Notes: a model not told the origin generated them from the letters alone. A stretch of DNA of 60,165 bases from a virus (IMGVR_UViG_3300043399_000886:1-60165); one strand, 5' to 3'. Shown: positions 7,666-16,467, counted from the first letter of the stretch. Numbers and translations: made by a program.

Positions 7666-8139
7666 TCAGCGATCAAATTCCCGAAGGATTGACTCGACCA
7701 TTTCCATCCCCTCGCGATCGGAGAGCCAGGGCCACAGGAACCTCGGGACGTACTCCGTTCGCAGGAACTTCACGACCTCGAGGTGGTGCTCTGCGAAGTC
7801 GTTGTCGTCGAGCTTGCGCCAGGCGATGCTCCGAGGGATGGCCACCGGCTTGCCCTTGGGGCCCGGCAGGAGGTCGCAAAACCCAGCGCCCACCTGCACC
7901 CACATCCGGAACGCCTCGAAGTCCTGGAACTGGTCCTGCGCCTCGAAGAACGCCCCCAGCATCGCGAAGTGCAGCCGGTGGAACTGGGGGCTGCGCGGCG
8001 CCCACCAGCTGAACTCGATGGTCTCGCCGACCACCAGGCTCTCGATGGTCGAGCGGAACTTGGCCCAGGCGCGGGCACCCTTCTCGCCGAGCCCCGTCAG
8101 CCTGCCCTGCTCATCCTTGACCAGGATTACGTTGGCCAT
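7666..8139 (-). CDS. DUF1367-like phage protein
   Basis: PRSPQFHRLHFAML...FEAFRMWVQVGAGF...PRSIAW. Confidence 0.75.
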   Translation of the reverse strand: MANVILVKDEQGRLTGLGEKGARAWAKFRSTIESLVVGETIEFSWWAPRSPQFHRLHFAMLGAFFEAQDQFQDFEAFRMWVQVGAGFCDLLPGPKGKPVAIPRSIAWRKLDDNDFAEHHLEVVKFLRTEYVPRFLWPWLSDREGMEMVESILREFDR

Positions 8140-8389
8140 CCGCGTCTTTCGTGATGATGTCCATGAACGCCAGGCCGTCGTACTCTTCGCGGCTGACCTG
8201 CACCACGCACGCACCGACGCCGGCGCGCGCGATGCCAATCATCACGCTGCGGTTGCCGACCTCCATCCAGACACCGAGGTCGCGGTCGCCGAGCATCTCG
8301 AATGCTTTCCCTCGCACCAGGGCAATCGCCTCGTCGAGTGTCTTCTTCTCGATCAGGCCCGTGCCACCGCTCCTGCCATCGATCCTCAT
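8111..8389 (-). CDS. hypothetical protein
   Basis: GAGGAGG RBS, ATGA coupling. Confidence 0.65.
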   Translation of the reverse strand: MRIDGRSGGTGLIEKKTLDEAIALVRGKAFEMLGDRDLGVWMEVGNRSVMIGIARAGVGACVVQVSREEYDGLAFMDIITKDADGQRNPGQG

Positions 8390-8616
8390 GCCGCCTCCTC
8401 ATCAGTCGCTTCAACCGCGCGCAGCTGCTGCTCACGTTCCTTGTCGCGACGCGGCATGGGCGCCCATGCCATGTACCGGCCGTCCGACGTCCAGGGCCCG
8501 CGCACGCAGATCCCGCCGCGCGTCAGCAGCAGGACGTCGCTGCCACCAGGGGGGAGCGGATCGCCGAGGCCCGGGTAGCGGTACTCGGCCACGCCGGCCA
8601 GGTACTTGCGGCTCAT
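8386..8616 (-). CDS. hypothetical protein (DUF551-like)
   Basis: PPGGSDVLLLTRGG...AWAPMP; GGAGG RBS. Confidence 0.65.
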   Translation of the reverse strand: MSRKYLAGVAEYRYPGLGDPLPPGGSDVLLLTRGGICVRGPWTSDGRYMAWAPMPRRDKEREQQLRAVEATDEEAA

Positions 8617-8671
8617 TGCTCGCCTCCATCCGAACCCGAATTCGGGTTCGCAAAACCGAATTCGTCCGCGC

Positions 8672-8941
8672 TCACTGCTGTCCCCTCGAGCGGATGGCCA
8701 GTGCGACACGGCAATCGCCAAGGGCCTCAGCCACGCACGCGCAGTCCTCGCGCTCGTGCTGGATGGCTCGCAGCATGTCCGCTCCAGCTCCCGCCAGGAG
8801 CGACCGCAGCTTCAGGACTTCGTGCTCCGCAGCGCCCCGCGCCGCGCGCTCGTCGGCCAGTGCGTTCGTCAGCCGATCGAAGTCGGTGAGGCCCTCTGGG
8901 TATCGGGCGGAGATGTACTCGCCCAGCGCTCGCTCAGTCAT
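8672..8941 (-). CDS. hypothetical protein
   Basis: MTERALGEY...EREDCACVAE...AIRSRG; ATGA coupling. Confidence 0.6.
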   Translation of the reverse strand: MTERALGEYISARYPEGLTDFDRLTNALADERAARGAAEHEVLKLRSLLAGAGADMLRAIQHEREDCACVAEALGDCRVALAIRSRGQQ

Positions 8942-9420
8942 GCTGCTTCCCTGTAGATCTCCGCGCCGGCGACCTCGGTGCCGTCGACGCTTCTCGACCG
9001 CACCCTCGCGGCCACGTAGTTCGCCCCTGGCATCGCGTCGATCAGGAGCCTCTCGTTGCGCACGATCAGGTCGTGCGAGTCGGTGACGGCCTGGTCGATC
9101 ATCGGCACGAACGAGGTGCGCCAGACGTAGCCGTCCAGGCACAGCTGCATGATCGTGCGCAGCGCCCCGTGCAAGCGACGCAGGCGATTGTCGCCTGAGC
9201 GCAGCGCGAGCTCGGCGCCACAGGCGATGACCCAGGACGCGTTGCCCAGCAGCACCGACCCGTCGCTGCCGTCCTCCTGCAGGTACAGCTCGATCTGCAG
9301 CTCCTTCAGCAGCGACAGCGCCTGGGCGCGGTGCATGGCGCGCGCCACGGGGTTCATCACCAGGGCCTGGTTGCGCCTGGCCTCGACCTGCAGGGCGCGC
9401 TTCGATTGCTTCTTGGCCAT
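8938..9420 (-). CDS. hypothetical protein
   Basis: MAKKQSKR start with AAGGA RBS; helical 160-aa ORF. Confidence 0.7.
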   Translation of the reverse strand: MAKKQSKRALQVEARRNQALVMNPVARAMHRAQALSLLKELQIELYLQEDGSDGSVLLGNASWVIACGAELALRSGDNRLRRLHGALRTIMQLCLDGYVWRTSFVPMIDQAVTDSHDLIVRNERLLIDAMPGANYVAARVRSRSVDGTEVAGAEIYREAA

Positions 9421-9422
9421 GG

Positions 9423-10223
9423 TCAGTCCTTCGTGGCCTGGCTGCGGTACGAGTCCCAGGTGAATGAGACCCAGTGGCCGCACTCGCGCAGCCGGTCAAA
9501 TGTTCGATCGCCGACCACGCGAACGAAAGCCTCTAGGTCGAGGTTCGTCATCAGGATCGTCGGCTTCATCGCACTGTAGCGGCGGTCGAAAATCTCGAAG
9601 AACAGCAGCATCTCGGCCTCGGTCTCGTACTGAGCGCCGACCTCATCGATGACCAGCAGGTCGACGGTGCCGAGTTCAGTGATCACGTCGAGCTCGGTGC
9701 GCTCGGAGTCCCTGCGCCAGGTGCCGCGCACCACCCGAGTCATCCCCATCATCGTCGTGTACAGCCCGAGCCGAGGCTGGATCGCCTGGATGACCGCGGC
9801 CGCCAGGTGCGTCTTGCCGGTGCCAGGCTTGCCAGACAGGATCAGGCACTTGCCCTTCAGGTTGTCGAAGCGCTCGGCATAGGCTCTCAGGATGCGGAGC
9901 GCGCGCTGCTGCCCCGGTGTCGTCGCCTCGTAGTTGTCGAAGGTGCGACCGATGAACCGCGGCGGCAGGCAGCTGCGGGCCATCATCTGCTCGAGCCTGG
10001 CGCGCTGGTCTGCGACCTTGCGGCGCTCAACCTCCGCCTGCTCTGCGGCCACCAGAGCTGCCGCGCACTGCGGGCATCCGGTCCAGAACTCGCGCGGCCG
10101 GACGATCGTCACGCGCGTGCCGTTCGACTGGTACGCACCATGGGTCGGGCACGTCTCGGTGCGCGTACCCAGGTCTTCGCGGGAGATTTCCATGGTCATC
10201 GCCTCAGAGAAGGATTTCGCCAT
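9423..10223 (-). CDS. DnaC/IstB-like AAA+ helicase loader
   Basis: N-terminal CxxH...CxxC, TFDNY, Walker A GKPGTGKT, Walker B LLVIDE, R(Y)...PTILMTN, DRLRE. Confidence 0.9.
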   Translation of the reverse strand: MAKSFSEAMTMEISREDLGTRTETCPTHGAYQSNGTRVTIVRPREFWTGCPQCAAALVAAEQAEVERRKVADQRARLEQMMARSCLPPRFIGRTFDNYEATTPGQQRALRILRAYAERFDNLKGKCLILSGKPGTGKTHLAAAVIQAIQPRLGLYTTMMGMTRVVRGTWRRDSERTELDVITELGTVDLLVIDEVGAQYETEAEMLLFFEIFDRRYSAMKPTILMTNLDLEAFVRVVGDRTFDRLRECGHWVSFTWDSYRSQATKD

Positions 10224-11100
10224 TGGGTCCGATGCCCTTCGTGTAGTTCATCTTCGAGAAGTCGTGCTTCGAGCGCTTGCCGTCGGTCAGGCTCTTGGCG
10301 ATCCAGGACGCCGGCTCCAGCACGGGGGCCGCAGCGATGCAGGCATCCACAACCTCGGCCACGCGGATCGCGCCGTGCTGGCTGATCATCCTCCCGTAGA
10401 AGCTGCGGGCCGCGGCGTCCCGCGTGCCCAGGCCCGTCAGGAGCGGAACGCCGACGGCGAAGATGTGGTCCTTCGCGACGTCGACCCTGCTGGGCTCGGG
10501 CGCTGACTGCGTTGGTTTGGGTGCTGCCTGCGGAGGATCGTCTTCCCAAGGCGGCGCGCCGTGGTCGCCGTTCAGCGGGTCGACCTCGTCCGGATGTTCG
10601 CCGGCATTGGGCAAGTTGTCCACCGCCGAAGCTGGCGCGTCAGCGCCCGCTACGTAAGTAGCGGAACTTCCTTCCTTTCCCTTCCCTTCCTTTCCCTTCC
10701 TTCCTTCCCCTTTCACGCGTGACGACGCGTCTTTCACGCGTGACGACGCGTCTTTCACGCGTGACGACGCGTGATCCACGCGTGCAGGAATGGAGCTCTC
10801 AGCCTCCTTGTTGTTGATGACCTGGTGCCTCTTGAAGGACGGGATCTCCGCGTACTGCCGTCCGTCCACCTCGTAGAGGACGATCATCCCGACCTCGACG
10901 AGCTCGCTCGACAGGGCATCGATGTCGCAGCTGTCGCCAGGCAGGTAGCGCATCTTCAGGGTCTTGGGCTTCCAGCTGAGGCGCCCCTCCCTGTCAGCCT
11001 CGCACCACAGCGCCACGTAAAAGAGGCGGGCAAGCGGGGACAGCGTCACGACGTCCTCGGACGTGAAGAACTCTGGCTTGATGGTTCGGATGCGGGCCAT
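10204..11100 (-). CDS. phage replication initiator (lambda O-analogue)
   Basis: MARIRTIKPEFF...LWCEADREGR...F.RHQ; internal iterons; directly upstream of DnaC-like gene. Confidence 0.85.
   Translation of the reverse strand: MARIRTIKPEFFTSEDVVTLSPLARLFYVALWCEADREGRLSWKPKTLKMRYLPGDSCDIDALSSELVEVGMIVLYEVDGRQYAEIPSFKRHQVINNKEAESSIPARVDHASSRVKDASSRVKDASSRVKGEGRKGKEGKGKEGSSATYVAGADAPASAVDNLPNAGEHPDEVDPLNGDHGAPPWEDDPPQAAPKPTQSAPEPSRVDVAKDHIFAVGVPLLTGLGTRDAAARSFYGRMISQHGAIRVAEVVDACIAAAPVLEPASWIAKSLTDGKRSKHDFSKMNYTKGIGPNGEILL
10668..10784. repeat. putative replication origin: 3 x 21-bp iterons plus polypyrimidine tract
   Basis: CTTTCACGCGTGACGACGCGT at 10710, 10731 and 10752; C/T-only tract at about 10668-10714. 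Confidence 0.8.
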
Positions 11101-11297
11101 CACTCGTCCTCTTCATCGTCTTCGGCCAGCAGATCGGAGATGCCGAGCCCGCTGCCGATGCTCTGAGCGATCTGCACCGCGACTGATCGCGGCAGGATGA
11201 CCCTCACTTCACCCTGCCACTCACTGTTCTGGCTGATCACGAGGTGGCCGTTGCCGTTGATGAAGACACGAGTCTCCGGGAATGCGTTGAACTTCAC
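11100..11297 (-). CDS. hypothetical protein
   Basis: GTG start (VKFNAFPETRVFIN...), AAGG RBS, TGATG coupling to the initiator. Confidence 0.65.
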   Translation of the reverse strand: MKFNAFPETRVFINGNGHLVISQNSEWQGEVRVILPRSVAVQIAQSIGSGLGISDLLAEDDEEDE

Positions 11298-11326
11298 GGT
11301 GCTACCTTTCTTCCGGCTGGCCGGAA

Positions 11327-11431
11327 GCAAAAGGCCCAGGTCGGGACTCTCACCTTGCGGTGTTGGCGGACTGGATGGGTTACCAGCAGAGTCCCGACCT
11401 GGGCCTACCCAGATGACGCCGCCAAGCGTCA
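11327..11431 (-). terminator. leader attenuator/terminator structure of the replication operon
   Basis: 19-bp perfect inverted repeat 11332-11350/11388-11406 with a short U tail on - strand; upstream hairpin loop TTGGCG(G) complementary to CCGCCAA in the large loop. Confidence 0.65.
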
Positions 11432-11445
11432 GGGGCCGATTGTGC

Positions 11446-11458
11446 CAACGATTTGTTG
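11446..11458. promoter_or_regulatory. putative operator CAACGATTTGTTG abutting a - strand extended -10 (TGgCACAAT)
   Basis: Matches CAAC-N5-GTTG. Confidence 0.6.
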
Positions 11459-11489
11459 GTAGGCCCGGATGGTTGACTGCGTCGCGCGG

Positions 11490-11882
11490 TCAAGCGTGAA
11501 CCAGCGCGACGATGTCGCAGCGCTTCCAGCCGTTCTTCACCGCCATGTCGCAGACGATCTGCGCAGCCTCGCGCAGCTCGTACGGCTTCGAGCGCACCGG
11601 CATCGGCCTGTGCGTCTGCATGTAGGTCTCCTCGCTCCAGGGGCGAGGCACCTCAGTGCCGTTGGCTCGCGCGGCCGCGATGGCCTGCTCGTGCTCGAGC
11701 CTGCCTCGCAGCAGCTGGTCTGGCGAGAACCCCACGACGCGGAACCCTTTGTGCCACTGCGCCTTGTCGGGGCTGCGGCGGGACGTCTTCTTCGCTGGAG
11801 GCTTATCCGCCGGCGAGTGGCGCACCAGGATCGGCTGGCCGTGAATGTTGACGTACTCGACGTCTGTGAGCTTGTCGCGCAT
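11490..11882 (-). CDS. hypothetical protein at the cro position (no evident HTH)
   Basis: MRDKLTDVEYV start after AAAGG; divergent from repressor. Confidence 0.65.
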   Translation of the reverse strand: MRDKLTDVEYVNIHGQPILVRHSPADKPPAKKTSRRSPDKAQWHKGFRVVGFSPDQLLRGRLEHEQAIAAARANGTEVPRPWSEETYMQTHRPMPVRSKPYELREAAQIVCDMAVKNGWKRCDIVALVHA

Positions 11883-11903
11883 GCCTGACCTTTCAGGGGT
11901 TGT

Positions 11904-11938
11904 CACCCTAGTTGGGGTGGTGCGCACCCTAGTTGGGG
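11904..11938. repeat. CACCCTAGTTGGGG direct repeat, 21-bp spacing
   Basis: Copies at 11904-11917 and 11925-11938 in the divergent promoter region. Confidence 0.8.
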
Positions 11939-12051
11939 CGCCGACCGGGTTGCCGGGTTGGCCCAGATTGTTGGTCCGCATCTGTTGTGTGGACAACAAA
12001 AACATGGAGTGTTAACTTAATGTTTCGAGGGGGTGTCACTGGAGTACCAGC

Positions 12052-12483
12052 ATGAAGGTCGGCGAACAGATACGGGCCCGGCGCGAGAAGCAGGGCCTAA
12101 CGATTGCCCAGTTCGCGAAGCGGCTTGACGTCTCCGAGCAGGCTGTACGGTACTGGGAGTCCGGTCGCAGCGCGCCGCGGCGTCAGGCTCTGAGGTCGCT
12201 CGAGGCGGCGCTGAACTTCACGATCGACTGGACCGAAGGGAAGTCGGGCCGACCGATGGGAGCAGCCGGCCTCATCGACCAGGCTGACGTCGAACTGCTC
12301 TTGCTGATCTGTCGCCTCCCGCCGGAGATGAAGCATCTCCTAGCGGAGCTGGCAGGAGAGCTCGTGAAAACGCCAGTCAGGAAGTCGCGGGCCCCATTCG
12401 CAGACGCTGAACGCAACAAGCCCATGGGGGACTTTGCCGCGGCGAGGAAGAAGAATGACGGCCGAAGAAAGGGAATGCGCTAA
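12052..12483 (+). CDS. XRE-family HTH repressor (CI-like, no S24 peptidase domain)
   Basis: IRARREKQGLTIAQFAKRLDVSEQAVRYWESG; GGAG RBS; divergent from the replication operon. Confidence 0.85.
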   Translation: MKVGEQIRARREKQGLTIAQFAKRLDVSEQAVRYWESGRSAPRRQALRSLEAALNFTIDWTEGKSGRPMGAAGLIDQADVELLLLICRLPPEMKHLLAELAGELVKTPVRKSRAPFADAERNKPMGDFAAARKKNDGRRKGMR

Positions 12484-12700
12484 GCTGTCCGTCGTCAGAG
12501 ACTCCAGGCCGCCTGCTGTCGTCGCGCAGCTCGAGAGCGTCCTCGAACTCGCGCGCAAGGGTGAGGTCACAGGCATCGCACTCGTCACGTACTCGCCCAA
12601 GGACGGCGTCGGGTACTACGGGTGCGGAGCCTTCACCGCCAGGCCTGAACTCGCGATCGGAGCAATAACCAAGTTGCTTGTGCGGTTTCTCCGCAAGTGA
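12455..12700 (+). CDS. hypothetical protein co-transcribed with the repressor
   Basis: VVAQLESVLELARKGEVTGIALV; GAGG RBS. Confidence 0.65.
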   Translation: MTAEERECAKLSVVRDSRPPAVVAQLESVLELARKGEVTGIALVTYSPKDGVGYYGCGAFTARPELAIGAITKLLVRFLRK

Positions 12701-12720
12701 CGAAGATCGCCAAGTAGAAT

Positions 12721-13150
12721 CGGCCGCCAAGACGCATGGCACATGCGTGGCCGCAAGGCCAGCACTCCCGGGGCGGGCTGCAGCCTTAATGTGCCGACGC
12801 AGATGACACCTCGGAAAGACGAGGCCCATCACACATGGGGGCCGGCGACGGGTTGGCGCCGTCGCAGGAAGCTCTAGCTCCTCAGTTGAAGGAAACGCTG
12901 CCGTATGCGGGCGGCCCCCATGTGTGATGGCGCGAAGGCCAAGCGCCAACCACGCGACCCGCCACAGCGAAGCGCGGGAGTAGCGACCTGTGGGTGAAAC
13001 CCGATCGAAACGAGTGGGCAACGGCGGTCCTGGGCAGGCAAACGTCGAGACGCCTCGGAGAGACGAGGACCATCACGCATGCAGATCGGGTTGCGGCTAC
13101 GCGGCCCAAAACCTCGCGAGCGGTCTGCAGTCGTGATGGCGAATGCGCGC
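12721..13150 (+). ncRNA. putative structured non-coding RNA / cassette array
   Basis: No credible ORF; TAGAAT at 12715-12720; 19-bp perfect stem 12826-12844/12912-12930; repeated CCTCG-GARAGA-CGAGG-N-CCATCACRCATG; several GNRA-type hairpins. Confidence 0.6.
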
Positions 13151-13238
13151 ACGCCCGAGATCAGCGGCGGCCGCCGTCATCAAGAGAAATCAGCCCCAGC
13201 CTGGAGCTGAAACACTAAAAGTACCCGACTGAAATACA

Positions 13239-13276
13239 CAACTTTTCGTTGGCATCACAACGCTTGCCTATAGAAT
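13239..13276 (+). promoter_or_regulatory. sigma70 promoter with operator overlapping -35
   Basis: CAACTTTTCGTTG (13239-13251); TTGGCA-16 nt-TAGAAT. Confidence 0.75.
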
Positions 13277-13300
13277 TGTGGCTCGCAACAGGAGCTGCAG

Positions 13301-14446
13301 ATGGAACAAGCAAGTGTCGCCAGCGTGCCGTGGGAAGTCACTGAAGACGCCGCGGCGACGACATCAGTCGTCGAGTACAGCCGCGTGGAGGCAGGTCTCG
13401 CTGACCTGCGTGAGCGCTACAGCAACGTCGTGTTCGATCTCACGACAACGGCCGGAGACAAGGCAGCACGCGCTGCGCGCAAGGAGCTGGTGACCACGCG
13501 CACCACGATCGAGTCGATCCGCAAGGAGGCCAAGGCCCCGCTGCTCGCGAAGGCAAAGCTCCTGGACGACGAGGCCAAGCGCATCACCGCCGAGATCGTC
13601 GCGCTCGAGGCGCCGATCGACGAGCAGATCAAGGACGACGAGAAGCGCCGCGAGGAAAAGCGCGCCGCCCGTGAGGCCGCCGAGCGCGCCCGCGTCGATC
13701 GCATCCGCTCGAAGATGTCCGACATCGCATCCGCCACCGCAGGATGTGCTTCTGCATCTGCTGAGGAAATCAGCGCCGTCATCCGCCTGCTCGAGTCGAT
13801 CCAGATCACCGAAGAGGACTACGCCGAGTTCGTCGACGAGGCCGAGGTTGTGCGTCTGCGTGCCGTCTCCCAGGCGTGCGCACTGCGCCACGCGGCCGTC
13901 GAGCGCGAGTCCGAAGCGGCCCGCCTGGCCGCGGAGCGCGCCGAGATCGAGCGCCAGCGCCAGGAGCTCGATCGCGCCAGCGCCGCCGAGGAAGCTCGCA
14001 TCAAGGCCGAACGCGACGAGATCGAGCGCCAGCGCCAGGAGATCGAGCAGGCCAAGCGTGAAGCCGCCGAGCGTGAGCGTGCCGAGCGCGAGCGGCAGGC
14101 CGCCATCAAGCGCGCCGAGGATAAGCGCCTGGAGGACGAGCGCAAGGCCCAGCGTGACGCATTCGAGGCTGACCTCGAGGCAGAGCGCCAGAAGATCCGC
14201 GAGCAGGAAGAGCGCCAAGCCGACGAGCGGGCCGCGCAAGAGGCTGCGCGCCGGGCTCGCGAGAAGCGCCTGTTCGGTGCTGCCGAGCAGATGCTTGAGA
14301 CGCTGGCCGAGATCCGCACCGGCCTGATTCTCGTCATTGGCGACAAGACGCCGGCAGCCCTGCTCGAGGCCGTCGAGTCCACCCTGCCCGCCCTGCGCGA
14401 TGCTGCCCACCGCGCCATCGTCGCCGCCACCGAGGAGCAGCAATGA
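13301..14446 (+). CDS. coiled-coil protein (DUF1351-like) of the recombination module
   Basis: RTTIESIRKEAKAP...IDEQIK, long E/R/A coiled coil; AGGAG RBS; precedes recT. Confidence 0.8.
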   Translation: MEQASVASVPWEVTEDAAATTSVVEYSRVEAGLADLRERYSNVVFDLTTTAGDKAARAARKELVTTRTTIESIRKEAKAPLLAKAKLLDDEAKRITAEIVALEAPIDEQIKDDEKRREEKRAAREAAERARVDRIRSKMSDIASATAGCASASAEEISAVIRLLESIQITEEDYAEFVDEAEVVRLRAVSQACALRHAAVERESEAARLAAERAEIERQRQELDRASAAEEARIKAERDEIERQRQEIEQAKREAAERERAERERQAAIKRAEDKRLEDERKAQRDAFEADLEAERQKIREQEERQADERAAQEAARRAREKRLFGAAEQMLETLAEIRTGLILVIGDKTPAALLEAVESTLPALRDAAHRAIVAATEEQQ

Positions 14447-15354
14447 GCAACGCCCTGCAGATCGTCTCCGGCGACATCTACGCCGCCAAGAGCGCGTTCG
14501 AGTCGGTGCTGGTCGACCGCTCGATCAACTTCGAGCGCGAGGCCGGCTTCGCGATCCAGGTCCTCCAGGCCAACGACTACGCGCTGGGCCTGGCGATGAA
14601 GAACCGTCAGTCCGTGGTCGACGCCGTGACGAACATCGCGGCCATCGGGTTGTCGCTGAACCCTGCGAAGAAGCAAGCCTACCTCGTGCCGCGCGACGGC
14701 AAGATCTGCCTCGACGTGAGCTACATCGGGCTAATCGAGCTCGCGATCCAGTCGGGCTCGATCAAGTGGGCCCAGGCCGCGGTCGTCCACATGCACGACA
14801 GCTTCCAGCTCCAAGGTCTGGACAAGCTGCCGATCCACCACTTCAACCCGTTCAGCAAGGACCGCGGCGAGATCGTCGGCGTGTACGTGGTGGCCAAGAC
14901 AGCCGACGGCGACTACCTGACCGAGTCGATGTCGATCGACGACATCAACGCCATCCGCGACCGCAGCTCGGCCTGGAAGGCGTGGGTCGAGAGGAAGCGC
15001 TCGTGCCCGTGGGTCACCGACTGGTCCGAGATGGCGCGCAAGACTGTGGTCAAGCGCGCCTCGAAGTACTGGCCAAAGACAGACCGCCTGGACCAGGCGG
15101 TACACCACATGAACACCGACGGCGGCGAGGGCATCGCAACGGTCGTCGACGCCGCGCCGAAGATGTCCACGTTCAGTGCCGACAGCTGGATCGCGCGAGT
15201 CGAGACGGCCACTGATGAGGCCACGCTGATGGAGATGTATCGCCAAGCCATCAACGAGGCCAAAGAGGCCAAGGACCTCGATGGAGCCGCCAGGTTCAAG
15301 CGGCACGCAGTGGCACGTCGTGACCTGCTGCGCAATCCGGAGGTCGCGCAATGA
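14443..15354 (+). CDS. recT: RecT-family single-strand annealing recombinase
   Basis: [16 protein letters not shown]...SYIGLIELA...[21 protein letters not shown]. Confidence 0.9.
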   Translation: MSNALQIVSGDIYAAKSAFESVLVDRSINFEREAGFAIQVLQANDYALGLAMKNRQSVVDAVTNIAAIGLSLNPAKKQAYLVPRDGKICLDVSYIGLIELAIQSGSIKWAQAAVVHMHDSFQLQGLDKLPIHHFNPFSKDRGEIVGVYVVAKTADGDYLTESMSIDDINAIRDRSSAWKAWVERKRSCPWVTDWSEMARKTVVKRASKYWPKTDRLDQAVHHMNTDGGEGIATVVDAAPKMSTFSADSWIARVETATDEATLMEMYRQAINEAKEAKDLDGAARFKRHAVARRDLLRNPEVAQ

Positions 15355-16028
15355 TCTGCATCGAGTGCCAACAAGGGACGGACGAGTGGCTGGCCGCGCG
15401 AGCCGGCGTGATCACCGCCAGCACGTTTGCCGACGCCACATCCAAGCTCAAGCGCGCATCGGGCGACAAGAAGCCTGGTGACCCGACCGACACCAGCGAG
15501 AAGCTTGCCATCGCCACCGCGATCGAGCGGATCAGCGGCCAGCCCTACGGCGACACGTTCCAGACCTTTGCGATGCGCCGCGGACAGGAGCAGGAGGCCT
15601 TCGCACGCATGCGCTACGAGGCCCGCCACGGCGTGATCGTCGAGGAGTCAGGCCTGATCCTCACCGACGACCGGCTCTTCGGGTGCTCGGTCGACGGGTT
15701 GATCGACGACCACGGCGGCTTCGAGTGCAAGACCCCGCTCGACCCGCTGAAGGTGGTGAACATCATCAAGACGGGCGACATCAGCGAGTACATGCACCAG
15801 ATCCAAGGCTGCATGTGGATCACGGGCCGAAAGTGGTGGGACTTCGTCATGGCCGTACCCGACCTCGAGGCGCTCAACAACGGCAACGAGCTCTACGTGC
15901 AACGCGTGCTGCGCGACGACGACTTCATCGAGCAGATGGAGCAGGACCTGTGGCAGTTCGCGGTGCGCGTGAAGCGCTACGAGGAGCTGCTGCGCAAGCC
16001 CTACAACACGAAAGGAGTGACGACGTGA
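15351..16028 (+). CDS. YqaJ/lambda-exonuclease family nuclease
   Basis: [17 protein letters not shown]...G...E..AR..YE...SVDGLI...ECK...[17 protein letters not shown]. Confidence 0.9.
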   Translation: MICIECQQGTDEWLAARAGVITASTFADATSKLKRASGDKKPGDPTDTSEKLAIATAIERISGQPYGDTFQTFAMRRGQEQEAFARMRYEARHGVIVEESGLILTDDRLFGCSVDGLIDDHGGFECKTPLDPLKVVNIIKTGDISEYMHQIQGCMWITGRKWWDFVMAVPDLEALNNGNELYVQRVLRDDDFIEQMEQDLWQFAVRVKRYEELLRKPYNTKGVTT

Positions 16029-16231
16029 ACGGCAAGAAGGCAAAGCTGCTTCGCCGGCTGGCGGCATCGGAAATGATCGAGGACCCGCACCGGGACCTTG
16101 TGGCCAGCCCGCAAAGCAACACCACGGGGATCAACAGCCCGAACTCGAAGCGCGGCATGTACCTGGCTCTGAAGCGCGAGTACGGGAGGGCGCTGCGCGC
16201 TGGAGCATTCAGTCCGCGAGGTGCTGCGTGA
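16025..16231 (+). CDS. hypothetical protein
   Basis: GTG start ([11 protein letters not shown]), AAAGGAG RBS, GTGA coupling. Confidence 0.65.
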   Translation: MNGKKAKLLRRLAASEMIEDPHRDLVASPQSNTTGINSPNSKRGMYLALKREYGRALRAGAFSPRGAA

Positions 16232-16467
16232 TCTCCGTCTCGTACGACGTGCCGGTGCCACCGCGCCGCGGAAAGGAGCCGAAGTACCCCTTCCGCGCGA
16301 TGCAGCCTGGTGGATCGTTCTCGATCCCCATCGAAGGCAGCGCTCGTCGAACCCTCAACCGGCTCAACTCAGCGGCGCAGAACTGGCGCCGCCGCCACCA
16401 ACCCACTGCGAAGTTCCGCCTCCAGATTGAGGGGCAGGAAGTCCGCATCTGGCTCATCAGCCTGTAA
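16228..16467 (+). CDS. small putative DNA-binding protein
   Basis: KYPFRAMQPGGSF...VRIW, a common phage family. Confidence 0.7.
   Translation: MISVSYDVPVPPRRGKEPKYPFRAMQPGGSFSIPIEGSARRTLNRLNSAAQNWRRRHQPTAKFRLQIEGQEVRIWLISL

Noticed and set aside
7307-8578. 423-aa + strand ORF
   Set aside because: Antisense to several well-supported - strand genes
12870-12920. tRNA-like AGCTCCTCAGTTG and group II intron domain V-like GCCGTATGCG
   Set aside because: No T-loop or cloverleaf; the 3' half of domain V is missing and no reverse transcriptase is present
12805-13081. CRISPR mini-array or retron interpretation of the repeats
   Set aside because: Repeats are 244 nt apart with structured interiors; no cas or reverse transcriptase gene in the window
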